In this document: positions 17,781-26,061 of the stretch, in pieces | Layout: every line of letters starts with the position of its first letter | Position numbering within the stretch: position 1 is the stretch's first letter | From: Promethearchaeota archaeon | Lineage (GTDB): Archaea > Asgardarchaeota > Lokiarchaeia > Sigyniarchaeales > SOKP01 | NCBI GenBank assembly: GCA_030606485.1 | Contig: JAUWGH010000006.1 | Coordinates: 180,001-212,000, forward strand | DNA length: 32,000 bases | Direction of reading: 5' to 3' | Notes under the pieces: generated by a model | Databases searched by the model: none | Told to the model about the DNA's origin: nothing | Seen by the model: only the letters and a program-made list of their open reading frames with translations | Program-made: the position numbers and the translations under genes

Positions 17781-19025
17781 ATGACAAATAATATCGAATT
17801 ATCAAGTGTAAAAAAAGAGCCAAAGAAAATTAATACGCATATTATTAGATCTAAAAAAGCAGGTGTGTTTTTTTTATTACTTGTTATTGGATTTTTTGGC
17901 ATGCAAATTTTTCAAATTGGTTCATGGACATTACAGCCAAATTTAAAGTGGCCTTATTTGTATTATATCGCCGATCCACAAAACTCAATAGGATTATCAT
18001 GTGGAACACCAGTGGATTGCAAATTGATTTTATATTATGGTGAAAATACTGAATCTTTTGAATCCTCCGTAGAAGAATCAATATCTACCAACCTTCATTT
18101 TTTTAACCTTACTAACTTGAATCCTGATACAATTTATTATTGGAAATTAAATAGTTTTGATTCTAATTTAAATTATCCATTTTTAGATATAATTTACTCA
18201 TTTCAAACTGGTCCGATACCTACTGAAAAAAAGCCATTTAAACTTAGCATTTTAGGAGATACACGCCCAGATATTTGGGGCAATACTAAACATATATATA
18301 TTTTGAAGGAGGCTTTAAAAGAACAACCAAATTTTATTTTAAATGTGGGGGATATGGTTATGGGTCCGGGAATTACTGGACATTGGGATAGATGGTTTTA
18401 TGAAGTAAGAGAATGTGCTCAAAAAGGAATTCCTATTGAAATAGGGCTAGGAAATCATGAATGGGATGAATATCAATGGTTATTTGGTTTTGAAGATAAG
18501 GGAAAAACATATAAACATTATATGGAATATCCGGAACCTGAGAATTATTATGCATTTAATTACAGTAATGCTGCTTTTATCTCTCTTGATACAAATGATG
18601 GCGAAACAACAGAAACACAAATAGAATGGCTTAATAAAACGCTTGAAATGGTAAATGCCGATGAGGATATTGATTGGATTATTGTGTTTGGACATTATCC
18701 TTTATATTCAGAAGGAGGAAGAAGTAGCAGAATAGGAAATGCTTTCGAAAATTCATTCAATAAATACAATGTAGATATGTATATATCCGGTCATATCCAT
18801 CATTATGCAAGAGTGCAAGTTAATGATATTACTTATATAATATCCGGTGGAGGTGGGGCAGAATTGAGTAGAACAATAAATCCAACGAATCCAAATACTA
18901 AAAAAAGCACAATAACATTTCAATATTGCACCATTGAAATCGATGGATCACAATTATATTTTAAATGCATTAGCCATAATGGAATTCTTATTGATGAATG
19001 TCAACTAACACCGAGGAAGGGATGA
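17781..19025 (+). CDS. Membrane-anchored calcineurin-like metallophosphoesterase with FN3-like N-terminal domain (purple acid phosphatase-like architecture)
   Basis: N-terminal TM; LTNLNPDTIYYW FN3 strand; GDT, GDMV, GNHE, FGHYP, GHIH. The Tyr of the purple GDxxY motif is absent. Confidence 0.88.
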   Translation: MTNNIELSSVKKEPKKINTHIIRSKKAGVFFLLLVIGFFGMQIFQIGSWTLQPNLKWPYLYYIADPQNSIGLSCGTPVDCKLILYYGENTESFESSVEESISTNLHFFNLTNLNPDTIYYWKLNSFDSNLNYPFLDIIYSFQTGPIPTEKKPFKLSILGDTRPDIWGNTKHIYILKEALKEQPNFILNVGDMVMGPGITGHWDRWFYEVRECAQKGIPIEIGLGNHEWDEYQWLFGFEDKGKTYKHYMEYPEPENYYAFNYSNAAFISLDTNDGETTETQIEWLNKTLEMVNADEDIDWIIVFGHYPLYSEGGRSSRIGNAFENSFNKYNVDMYISGHIHHYARVQVNDITYIISGGGGAELSRTINPTNPNTKKSTITFQYCTIEIDGSQLYFKCISHNGILIDECQLTPRKG

Positions 19026-19639
19026 AGAAAATGATAGAAGGCACAATTTATATGACATTTATTATTGGATTTATAATCTTACTTTGCAGAGGTATCGAAA
19101 AACTGAGATGGCTAAGCGGTCATAAAGAGGAGGAATCCCCAATTAAAGACGGCTCTTTCTGGTTCTTTTTTTGGTTCTCATTGATAATTATACAAACATG
19201 TGTCATTCAAATTAACTTTTTAATTAATATAGCAATCAAAGAGCCTTCTATGATGATATTGTATTCACATCATATTTTTGGCATCGTTATGTTATTTGCT
19301 TTAATCTTTGTTTTGCTAATTAAAGGATTTTTAAATCCCAGCTTAAATTTCATTATTGCTTTATTCCCTAATATTATTACAACGATAATATTTTGGTCAT
19401 TAAACATTCTTGATGAATCTAACTATACATCTCCAATAATAGGTCTCATTGTTGGCGTAATTATTGAGAATATATTGATAAGATTTTATAAATCTGGGAA
19501 TAGAATTCTATGGAACTTACCACCCAAAATTTGGAAAATTATAAATAACAAATGGTTTGTTTTAGTATTTACAATATTATATGCGGTAGAAATGTATTTG
19601 CAAATCTATTCAGAAAGTATTACGACTATTTTTATTTAA
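19022..19639 (+). CDS. Hypothetical multi-TM membrane protein
   Basis: The ORF track starts at 18998, but the ATG at 19022 overlaps the upstream TGA as ATGA and is the more likely start; about 6 hydrophobic segments. Confidence 0.7.
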   Translation: MKKMIEGTIYMTFIIGFIILLCRGIEKLRWLSGHKEEESPIKDGSFWFFFWFSLIIIQTCVIQINFLINIAIKEPSMMILYSHHIFGIVMLFALIFVLLIKGFLNPSLNFIIALFPNIITTIIFWSLNILDESNYTSPIIGLIVGVIIENILIRFYKSGNRILWNLPPKIWKIINNKWFVLVFTILYAVEMYLQIYSESITTIFI

Positions 19640-19684
19640 TTTTGTGTCTAATAAGAGAATTTAAAAGGAACATGGTGATAATCA

Positions 19685-20314
19685 TTAAATTTCAAACTCC
19701 TCACCTATTGAGAGAAACTTTGAGTTAATATTATATCCCCTCAGAAAATCAACTAATTTCTTAGCGCTTTCGTCTTTTTCACCAGTAAAATGGTATGGAA
19801 TTACCAATTTTGGAGAAATAATTTTTAAAAACTCTAGATAATCTTTAAAATTACTTTCAAAACATGCAACAAAACAGCAATCGATTTCGGTTTTTATCCC
19901 TCTTAACTGGTTGGAAAACTTAGCTGAATCTGCAGTATGTAATATTCTCTTACCCCCAATCTCAATTAAATATGCAACACATTCCTCCGACTTCCAACAC
20001 TCGTTCTCGAAAACCTCTACAATACCATCCTTTAGATTAACCTTAGTTTTTGGCTCGACTTCTAAAATATTAAAATGAAAATTGTCGCAAACAATTTTTG
20101 GACCATAAATTGCAAGCCATTCTGGTTTTTCCGTATATTTTTCACAAATTTCATTAAATTTATCTATATTAATGTGATCTGAATGTTCATGCGTGATAAA
20201 AACTCTTCCAATTCCTTCTCTGGGAGGAGACAAAAATACGGGGTCTATAACGATATGATCTTTTTCACCAATCAATTCTATGCACGCATTGCCTAAAAAT
20301 CTACAAATCAACAT
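19685..20314 (-). CDS. Metallo-beta-lactamase-fold hydrolase (UlaG-like)
   Basis: FLGNACIEL, VIDP, ITHEHSDH, LHTADS, VIPYHF. Confidence 0.88.
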   Translation of the reverse strand: MLICRFLGNACIELIGEKDHIVIDPVFLSPPREGIGRVFITHEHSDHINIDKFNEICEKYTEKPEWLAIYGPKIVCDNFHFNILEVEPKTKVNLKDGIVEVFENECWKSEECVAYLIEIGGKRILHTADSAKFSNQLRGIKTEIDCCFVACFESNFKDYLEFLKIISPKLVIPYHFTGEKDESAKKLVDFLRGYNINSKFLSIGEEFEI

Positions 20315-20373
20315 TGCAAAATCATCTCTTCTATATAATTAATTTAAGTTGTTATTTCATAAATTTTTGACAA

Positions 20374-20685
20374 TTAATATATACCCCAGAGGTAAATATC
20401 AAGATCAATAGTTTGATCTTCCCTAAAAACAATACCTTCTTTTTCCAACAGATCTTTTTGAGTCTCATAACCACGATAAGGGGGCAAAGAAATACGTCCC
20501 TTACTGTTAATAACTCTATGCCAAGGTAAATTATATTTTCTAGAGCAAGAATGCAATATCCAAGATACCTGACGTGAAGCACGCGAATTTCCTGCATAAG
20601 CGGCAATTTGACCATAAGTGGCAACTTTTCCAGGCGGTATCTGCTTAATTAGTTGTTTTACGTGCTCAGAAAATGAATTGCTCAT
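20374..20685 (-). CDS. atl: Alkyltransferase-like (ATL; YbaZ/Atl1 type) O6-alkylguanine-binding protein
   Basis: IPPGKVATYGQIA...ASRQV...PWHRVINSKG. Trp replaces the catalytic Cys of PCHRV, which defines the ATL class. Confidence 0.9.
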   Translation of the reverse strand: MSNSFSEHVKQLIKQIPPGKVATYGQIAAYAGNSRASRQVSWILHSCSRKYNLPWHRVINSKGRISLPPYRGYETQKDLLEKEGIVFREDQTIDLDIYLWGIY

Positions 20686-20797
20686 ATTATTATCATCTTC
20701 ATTAAATATTTACATTCCAATATTCACTTGATTTATTAGAATAAAAATAAGAAAAAAAAGAATATTTTTTATTTATTTAATTTTTTCACTAATCTAC

Positions 20798-21211
20798 TTA
20801 CGTTCTCTTTTGTTCTCGAAAGTAGAAGTATATGTCTAAAACTAGAAGAATGGCTGTTATAATTGTAGCAATCACCTGACTTATAATCCAAGTAGCTGAA
20901 CCAGTAATAGTAATAAACGCCACAATATCTAAGATAAACAGCATTATTAAAAATACGATTGCAATCTCGAAAGCTATTTTAACTTTTTCCCAATCTGCTC
21001 TTATGATCGCAATTATGGCGAAAATTCCAAGAACCAAAAGAGTTCCACCAACATTCCTCCAGAAATGTATATCAAACGCAGGTGCGTCAATTAACTGATA
21101 ATATATCTCAGGAATTATCAATTCAAGAAAAGCATATATAAATGCAACCACTGCATTAACCAAAAGCACAATTTTCATTTCTTTTGACATTTCTGCCATA
21201 GATTTTATCAT
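20798..21211 (-). CDS. Small 4-TM membrane protein, function unknown
   Basis: Four hydrophobic segments in 137 aa. Confidence 0.75.
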   Translation of the reverse strand: MIKSMAEMSKEMKIVLLVNAVVAFIYAFLELIIPEIYYQLIDAPAFDIHFWRNVGGTLLVLGIFAIIAIIRADWEKVKIAFEIAIVFLIMLFILDIVAFITITGSATWIISQVIATIITAILLVLDIYFYFREQKRT

Positions 21212-21567
21212 CTCTTATTTTTTTTAAAAAAAATTGGACATCATTTTCAAAACAAGTTAATGTAAGTTACTTTTTAATTTAAATATTTTTCAGAAATGAT
21301 CACAGTATAACCTATTCTTTTTTAATATCGATAATTATTCTCATTTTCTATATAAAAAATCTAAATAATTATGCCAGCAGATATACAATTTTGTAAATAT
21401 AATATGTTTTTCATGAATTACATAATAATAATGAAGCTTCCAAGATATTTTCTTCATCTTTGTAATACTTTATGAGTTTAAAAATATATAAATAAAATAA
21501 ATATTGAAAAATTTAAACTTAGATATATTTTCATCAACATTTATATATGAAATTTGACTATTATTAA

Positions 21568-21876
21568 TTGGTGATAATTATAATGAAAAACCTTGATTTC
21601 CCTCCCGAAATTAGCAGAGCATTAGATGCTTTAGGACAAGAAAAAAGACGAGAAATAATTAAACTTATTATAAATAAAAAAAAGATTTCTTACTCAGAAT
21701 TAATAGAAAATACAAAGTTATCCTCAAGCACAATTAGTTTTCATTTAAAAGCACTTATGAAGGCAAGTTTAATAAATAATTATTATATAAAACCGGAAAA
21801 CCCAGGTGGAAAATATTCATATTACGAATTAACAGAATTCGGTAAAGATTTCTGCAACGCCCTTGATATTAAATAA
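21568..21876 (+). CDS. ArsR/HTH_20-family winged-helix transcription regulator
   Basis: ALDALGQEKRREII...SYSELI...LSSSTISFHLKALMKASLI...YELTEFG. Start may be the ATG at 21583. Confidence 0.88.
   Translation: MVIIIMKNLDFPPEISRALDALGQEKRREIIKLIINKKKISYSELIENTKLSSSTISFHLKALMKASLINNYYIKPENPGGKYSYYELTEFGKDFCNALDIK
21808..21876 (+). repeat. Direct repeat copy 1 (last 23 codons of arsR)
   Basis: 57/69 nt identical to 22879-22947; perfect 26-nt core TATTCATATTACGAATTAACAGAATT at 21814-21839. Confidence 0.9.
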
Positions 21877-21891
21877 TTTTAAAATTCAAAA

Positions 21892-21929
21892 TCAAATAGA
21901 TATTAATAATATAAATGTTTTCTATTTGA
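21892..21929. terminator. Inverted repeat between convergent genes
   Basis: TCAAATAGA (21892-21900) / TCTATTTGA (21921-21929): 9-bp stem, 20-nt loop. Confidence 0.35.
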
Positions 21930-21975
21930 ATTATCATTAAAAGCTTTCAAATTAAATCCGCTATTATCTCTTCTC

Positions 21976-22335
21976 TCATTTCTCTGTTAATTTCAAAGAT
22001 TTTTTGATCTTCTGTTTATATTTATCTAGATCTAGTTTTAAAATTCGCTTAATTCCAACATCCGCATCTTCTTCTGTTAAATCCAATCCAATTTTATGGC
22101 GGTGGCAGATATCAATAAACTCCCAAAGATTAATACCAGCGATCTCCGATGCTTTTCCAAAAGACACTTTTCCCTTTTTATATTCATCTAATGCGGTCTC
22201 AATTTTTATTTCGCGAATGGATTTTAAGAGTAAATGACGGATAGCGGTACTTTTATCCATTTTCAAAATTTTTTGCAATTTTTCAATTTCTTTATTCAAA
22301 TCCGAAGATATTACAATTGATAATCTTTCACTCAA
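21976..22335 (-). CDS. UPF0175-family antitoxin with N-terminal RHH-like segment
   Basis: ALDEYKKGKVSFGKASEIAGINLWEFIDI is the UPF0175 pattern; start overlaps the PIN gene stop. Confidence 0.88.
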   Translation of the reverse strand: MSERLSIVISSDLNKEIEKLQKILKMDKSTAIRHLLLKSIREIKIETALDEYKKGKVSFGKASEIAGINLWEFIDICHRHKIGLDLTEEDADVGIKRILKLDLDKYKQKIKKSLKLTEK

Positions 22336-22822
22336 ATTTTTTTCCCTCTTTTAAATATTTTTCATATACTTTGGGAGATAACCAGCTATTTGCAGCATAT
22401 TTCCCCAAATTTGATTGAAATAGTGTCAAATCAATCATATTTTCTTTACGTAATAATAAAAGCGTATCCGCAGTAGTTACTACTTCAATCCCTTTTTGTT
22501 CTGCAACTAATCGACCCTTTTTTTCATCCATTACCAATAATCCATCTAATTGTTGTGCTAATTGTATTGCTTCATATTCTCCCACATGAAGATAATCTTT
22601 TAAAATTGGATCAGGTTGGCTAATCTCCATTTTTTTAATTTTTTTATTTTTAAAATAATTCTGTAAAAGAATTGCATCTGAAAATCCCATTTTTATTCCT
22701 TCTTCTATTACCTCAGAATATACTTTATCGGGAATAACAATAAAATCAAATAAATTAAAAATAAACCTTATTTTACCAATTTTCGTTAGATGGATCAAAG
22801 GAGATGAATCAAATATGATCAT
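22328..22822 (-). CDS. PIN-domain toxin, DUF3368 type
   Basis: IIFDSSPLIHL, VYSEV, LHVGEYEAIQLA, LVMDEKKGR. Confidence 0.9.
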   Translation of the reverse strand: MIIFDSSPLIHLTKIGKIRFIFNLFDFIVIPDKVYSEVIEEGIKMGFSDAILLQNYFKNKKIKKMEISQPDPILKDYLHVGEYEAIQLAQQLDGLLVMDEKKGRLVAEQKGIEVVTTADTLLLLRKENMIDLTLFQSNLGKYAANSWLSPKVYEKYLKEGKKFE

Positions 22823-22832
22823 TTATGATATT

Positions 22833-22849
22833 ATATGTATTTTACATAT
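22833..22849. promoter_or_regulatory. Palindromic operator upstream of the DUF3368/UPF0175 pair
   Basis: ATATGTA-TTT-TACATAT, perfect 7-bp arms, 10 nt upstream of the start codon at 22822. Confidence 0.5.
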
Positions 22850-22878
22850 TTATATTTAATTTATAAAATTACTAAGAA

Positions 22879-22947
22879 GGAAATTATTCATATTACGAAT
22901 TAACAGAATTTAGTAAGGATTTTTGTAAAAATTTTAATATTAAATAA
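22879..22947 (+). pseudogene. Direct repeat copy 2: orphan 3' end of an arsR-like gene (GNYSYYELTEFSKDFCKNFNIK*)
   Basis: Same frame logic and stop codon as the arsR end; in-frame TAA at 22873 shows there is no 5' part; several differences are synonymous. Confidence 0.85.
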
Positions 22948-23095
22948 TAAAAAAATTAGAAATCGAACTAATTCATGCTAACCGTTAGGTGCCATCTACC
23001 TCAGGATAAAAAACTATAAAAATAAATAATGATTTTACTATTAATAGAATAATTATTTTATTAAATAATTAAATAATTAAATCATATAAGTAAAC

Positions 23096-23347
23096 ATGAC
23101 ATATACTACAATTTCTATTAAAGATAAGACCAAAAAAGAATTAAAGAATCTTCAATTAATATATAATGCAAAATCTATGGATGAATTACTAAAAATACTA
23201 ATAATAGAAGCAAAGAAAAAGAAGATTGACGATTTTGGCATTGAATTTCAAAAAAAATTAAAAGAAAAGAATTTATCTTTAGAAGATATCATAAAATCTG
23301 GAGAAGAAATAAGAGCAAAAATCTTAAAGGAAGAATCTAAGAAATGA
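23096..23347 (+). CDS. Putative antitoxin (RHH-like N-terminus)
   Basis: MTYTTISIKDKTKKELKNL...SMDELLKIL beta-alpha-alpha pattern; ATGA overlap with the PIN gene. Confidence 0.75.
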   Translation: MTYTTISIKDKTKKELKNLQLIYNAKSMDELLKILIIEAKKKKIDDFGIEFQKKLKEKNLSLEDIIKSGEEIRAKILKEESKK

Positions 23348-23778
23348 TTCCCTTAGTTATAGATACCAACATAATATATTCAGCCATATATAATAAAAAT
23401 GGCATCGAAAGACAACTTCTTAATTGTATTATTGATAACAATGAAATTCAATTATTTGCACCCGCTATATTTTGGGATGAAATTCTTAGGAATCTTTCAA
23501 AAAAATTAAATTTTCATGAAGAAACTGTGAATTCTATTCTTTCCCAATTTGATATAATTGAAATTTCTCCCAAACAATATGAACCGAAGATTTTTGAGGC
23601 TAGAAGTTTAATTTCACATGAAAATGACGTACCTTTTGTTGCCTGTGCTCTTTTCTTAAATGCACCAATTTGGTCAGGAAATGAAACTCATTTTAAAGCT
23701 TTAGTTAAATCTAAAAAAGTAATCTGGTTTAATTCAAAAAGATTAAACAATTTTTTTAAAAAAAATGGGTTAAAATAA
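23344..23778 (+). CDS. PIN-domain toxin (PIN_3-like)
   Basis: LVIDTNIIYSA, FWDEI, HENDVPFVACAL, PIWSGNETHF. Confidence 0.88.
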   Translation: MIPLVIDTNIIYSAIYNKNGIERQLLNCIIDNNEIQLFAPAIFWDEILRNLSKKLNFHEETVNSILSQFDIIEISPKQYEPKIFEARSLISHENDVPFVACALFLNAPIWSGNETHFKALVKSKKVIWFNSKRLNNFFKKNGLK

Positions 23779-23924
23779 TAATAATCCTTAAATTTTTCAA
23801 TATTACTAAATATAATCCCATGAATATGGAGAATCTCTTAAAGAATCCGCATATTATACCACTTCTTCAGTTATTAGCATAAATAATCTCAGATCAATGA
23901 ATACTTATAGTTAAAAAAAAACAT

Positions 23925-25109
23925 TTACCATATAAAAAAGAGAATTGTAGTTATCAAAAGTACGATCCCCACCATTGAAAAAATACCCCAGTATGAAAAA
24001 ACAACCAAGACATAACCACTTAGAATGGGTCCAATTGTTTGCCCAATATCCATAATTGTGCCTAGAACTCCAATTGCAGCGCCATAATCTTCTTTTCTAG
24101 AAAGATCTGATACATAAGCAGTAGTAGAAGAAGTCACCATTGCCATTCCTATCCCGAACCCACAAAGATCGACGATGAGCCAGAATGGGCTAATTATATA
24201 AGGAATAAATAATGTTCCGATACCACCAATAATAAGCCCAACTAAGATAATTGTTCGACGTCCAATTTTATCTGATAAATTCCCCATTATTGGTTTAATA
24301 AAAATCAGTAATAAGATAAGAATTGCTGGTATTAATCCAATTAACCAAACATCATAGTTAAGAGATTCGGCATAAAGAACAATATAAGCTTCAATGATCC
24401 CATAAGCAAAATATTGACTAGCCTGAACAACACTAGTCAATAAAATTTTTTTGTGACTTATTACATACCTAAAACCTTTAAAAAAATCTTTTAGTAGGAA
24501 ATAATTTTTCTCTGCTTTTTGCTTGAGGTTAGTTTGATGTTGTCGAGTTCGATAAAGAAATAAATAAAAAAGAAACCCGATCATCGCTGAGAAACCACAA
24601 ACAAAGTAGACTCCATAATAGTAATAATTCGTGATGTAAAGTATAGCTCCACCGGTTAAAGGAGCTAGAAAACGACCAACATATGTTATTGAAGAAAAAG
24701 TCGAAATACGTTCTCCTTTTTGTTCTGGATAGGATTCTGCAATAGCAGCCATTGCAACTGGAACGAAAATCGCTGTCGAGAAGCCATGATAAAAACGGAT
24801 GAGCATTAATATCCAAATATTAGTTGCTAAAAAATACAAAAAAGGAGCGGTAATAAATATAATAATCGAAATTAAAAGGAGTTTATTTCGGCCGTAAATA
24901 TCTGATAATCGACCGGCGACAGCACTTACTAATATTCCTGACACAGTAGAAGCTGCAATAATATAACCAATATATTGCATTTCACTCTCATAATTCATCA
25001 AGGATTTCGCAAAGAGAGGTAAGATTGGACTTTTAGACATAGTGGAACTAAAAATAACAAACAATCCAATCAGACTTATAATCAAAAAATAACTTAAATC
25101 GCGACGCAT
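23925..25109 (-). CDS. MFS transporter (DHA1-like)
   Basis: Motif A in both halves (GRLSDIYGRNK, GNLSDKIGRRT); about 12 TM segments. Confidence 0.92.
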   Translation of the reverse strand: MRRDLSYFLIISLIGLFVIFSSTMSKSPILPLFAKSLMNYESEMQYIGYIIAASTVSGILVSAVAGRLSDIYGRNKLLLISIIIFITAPFLYFLATNIWILMLIRFYHGFSTAIFVPVAMAAIAESYPEQKGERISTFSSITYVGRFLAPLTGGAILYITNYYYYGVYFVCGFSAMIGFLFYLFLYRTRQHQTNLKQKAEKNYFLLKDFFKGFRYVISHKKILLTSVVQASQYFAYGIIEAYIVLYAESLNYDVWLIGLIPAILILLLIFIKPIMGNLSDKIGRRTIILVGLIIGGIGTLFIPYIISPFWLIVDLCGFGIGMAMVTSSTTAYVSDLSRKEDYGAAIGVLGTIMDIGQTIGPILSGYVLVVFSYWGIFSMVGIVLLITTILFFIW

Positions 25110-25321
25110 ACAATCATCTTAAAATTCTTTAAATCTTTTAGATTAAAATATACAATAAAAAAGGGAGTGGAACTCGTCTTCTTTTCATCTGTAATCTTGT
25201 TGTATAAGGGCAAATTCATCTTCAAAATATATTAATTTTCAAGTATGCCATAAGAAAGCACAGCATTCTACATGCGATTTTACTCTTGCAAATTATTTAA
25301 TACTTTTTCGACAGATATGAA

Positions 25322-25846
25322 CTAGATTTGTATTTTTTGTTTTATGAATGCTTGTTTCTCCCCTCGAGTTTTCAATTTCTCTATTTCACCTTTATATCTT
25401 TCTTGAACTATTTCTTGTTGGAAATAAGCGTAAATTGCATCATAGAAGGGAAACTCTTTCTCTAAGGCTTCTTGATCCGAGTCTACAAGCATTGGAACGC
25501 CGTTCGCAATGACTTCTAGTGTCCATGCAAGAGGTTCTGCTTGCAATCCTCCAGTATCAGCTGCTCTGACAAGCTTTCTAACTCTCTGTAAGGCTTCATC
25601 TCCCTCTAACTTGTATTTTTCTACAATCGCATCAAATGTGCAATGTTTCTCACCATTACATATATGGTGATCAAGTTCAATTCCCGAACCTGTATCGAAA
25701 GGAATAGCACCAGTTTTCGCTACAAAATCAGATATTTCAGCTCTAGGTAGAAAAATAAACTGAGCTCGCTTATCAATAAATCTCTTAATTAACCAAGGAC
25801 AGGCTACTCTATCTACATGTACATATTCTCTTGTTACCCATAACAT
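25322..25846 (-). CDS. chrB: Chromate-resistance ChrB-domain protein
   Basis: WVTREYVHVDRVACPWLIKRFID...AIPFD...HCTFDAIVEKY...VRAAD matches the ChrB C-terminal domain pattern. Confidence 0.85.
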   Translation of the reverse strand: MLWVTREYVHVDRVACPWLIKRFIDKRAQFIFLPRAEISDFVAKTGAIPFDTGSGIELDHHICNGEKHCTFDAIVEKYKLEGDEALQRVRKLVRAADTGGLQAEPLAWTLEVIANGVPMLVDSDQEALEKEFPFYDAIYAYFQQEIVQERYKGEIEKLKTRGEKQAFIKQKIQI

Positions 25847-26061
25847 ATTTCATCTGGAAAAAAAATTGCTCTAGAAATTTAAACTTTGCTAAAACTCAAT
25901 TTCCAAACATAGAGAAAAATTAAAGTGTAAATATTACCTTTTTTAATGTTTGATTACCACCAATCTTTTAGTTCTATTTCCTAAGGTATGTAAATAACAA
26001 AAATTATATAAGATAAAATGTTCCAATTGTTAGATTAAAGTAAAATTATGAAATTCTTGAA

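Noticed and set aside
22898-22995. Integron attC-like motif: GTTAGGT (matches GTTRRRY) preceded by CTAAC, next to TA genes
   Set aside because: Only a 5-bp palindrome (CTAAC-C-GTTAG). The candidate partner box AATTAAC mismatches the consensus, the interior does not pair into L boxes, and no integrase or second site was seen.
23796-23806. Third copy of the arsR repeat core after the second TA pair (TTCAATATTAC)
   Set aside because: About 10 matching nt with an indel in AT-rich DNA is expected by chance.
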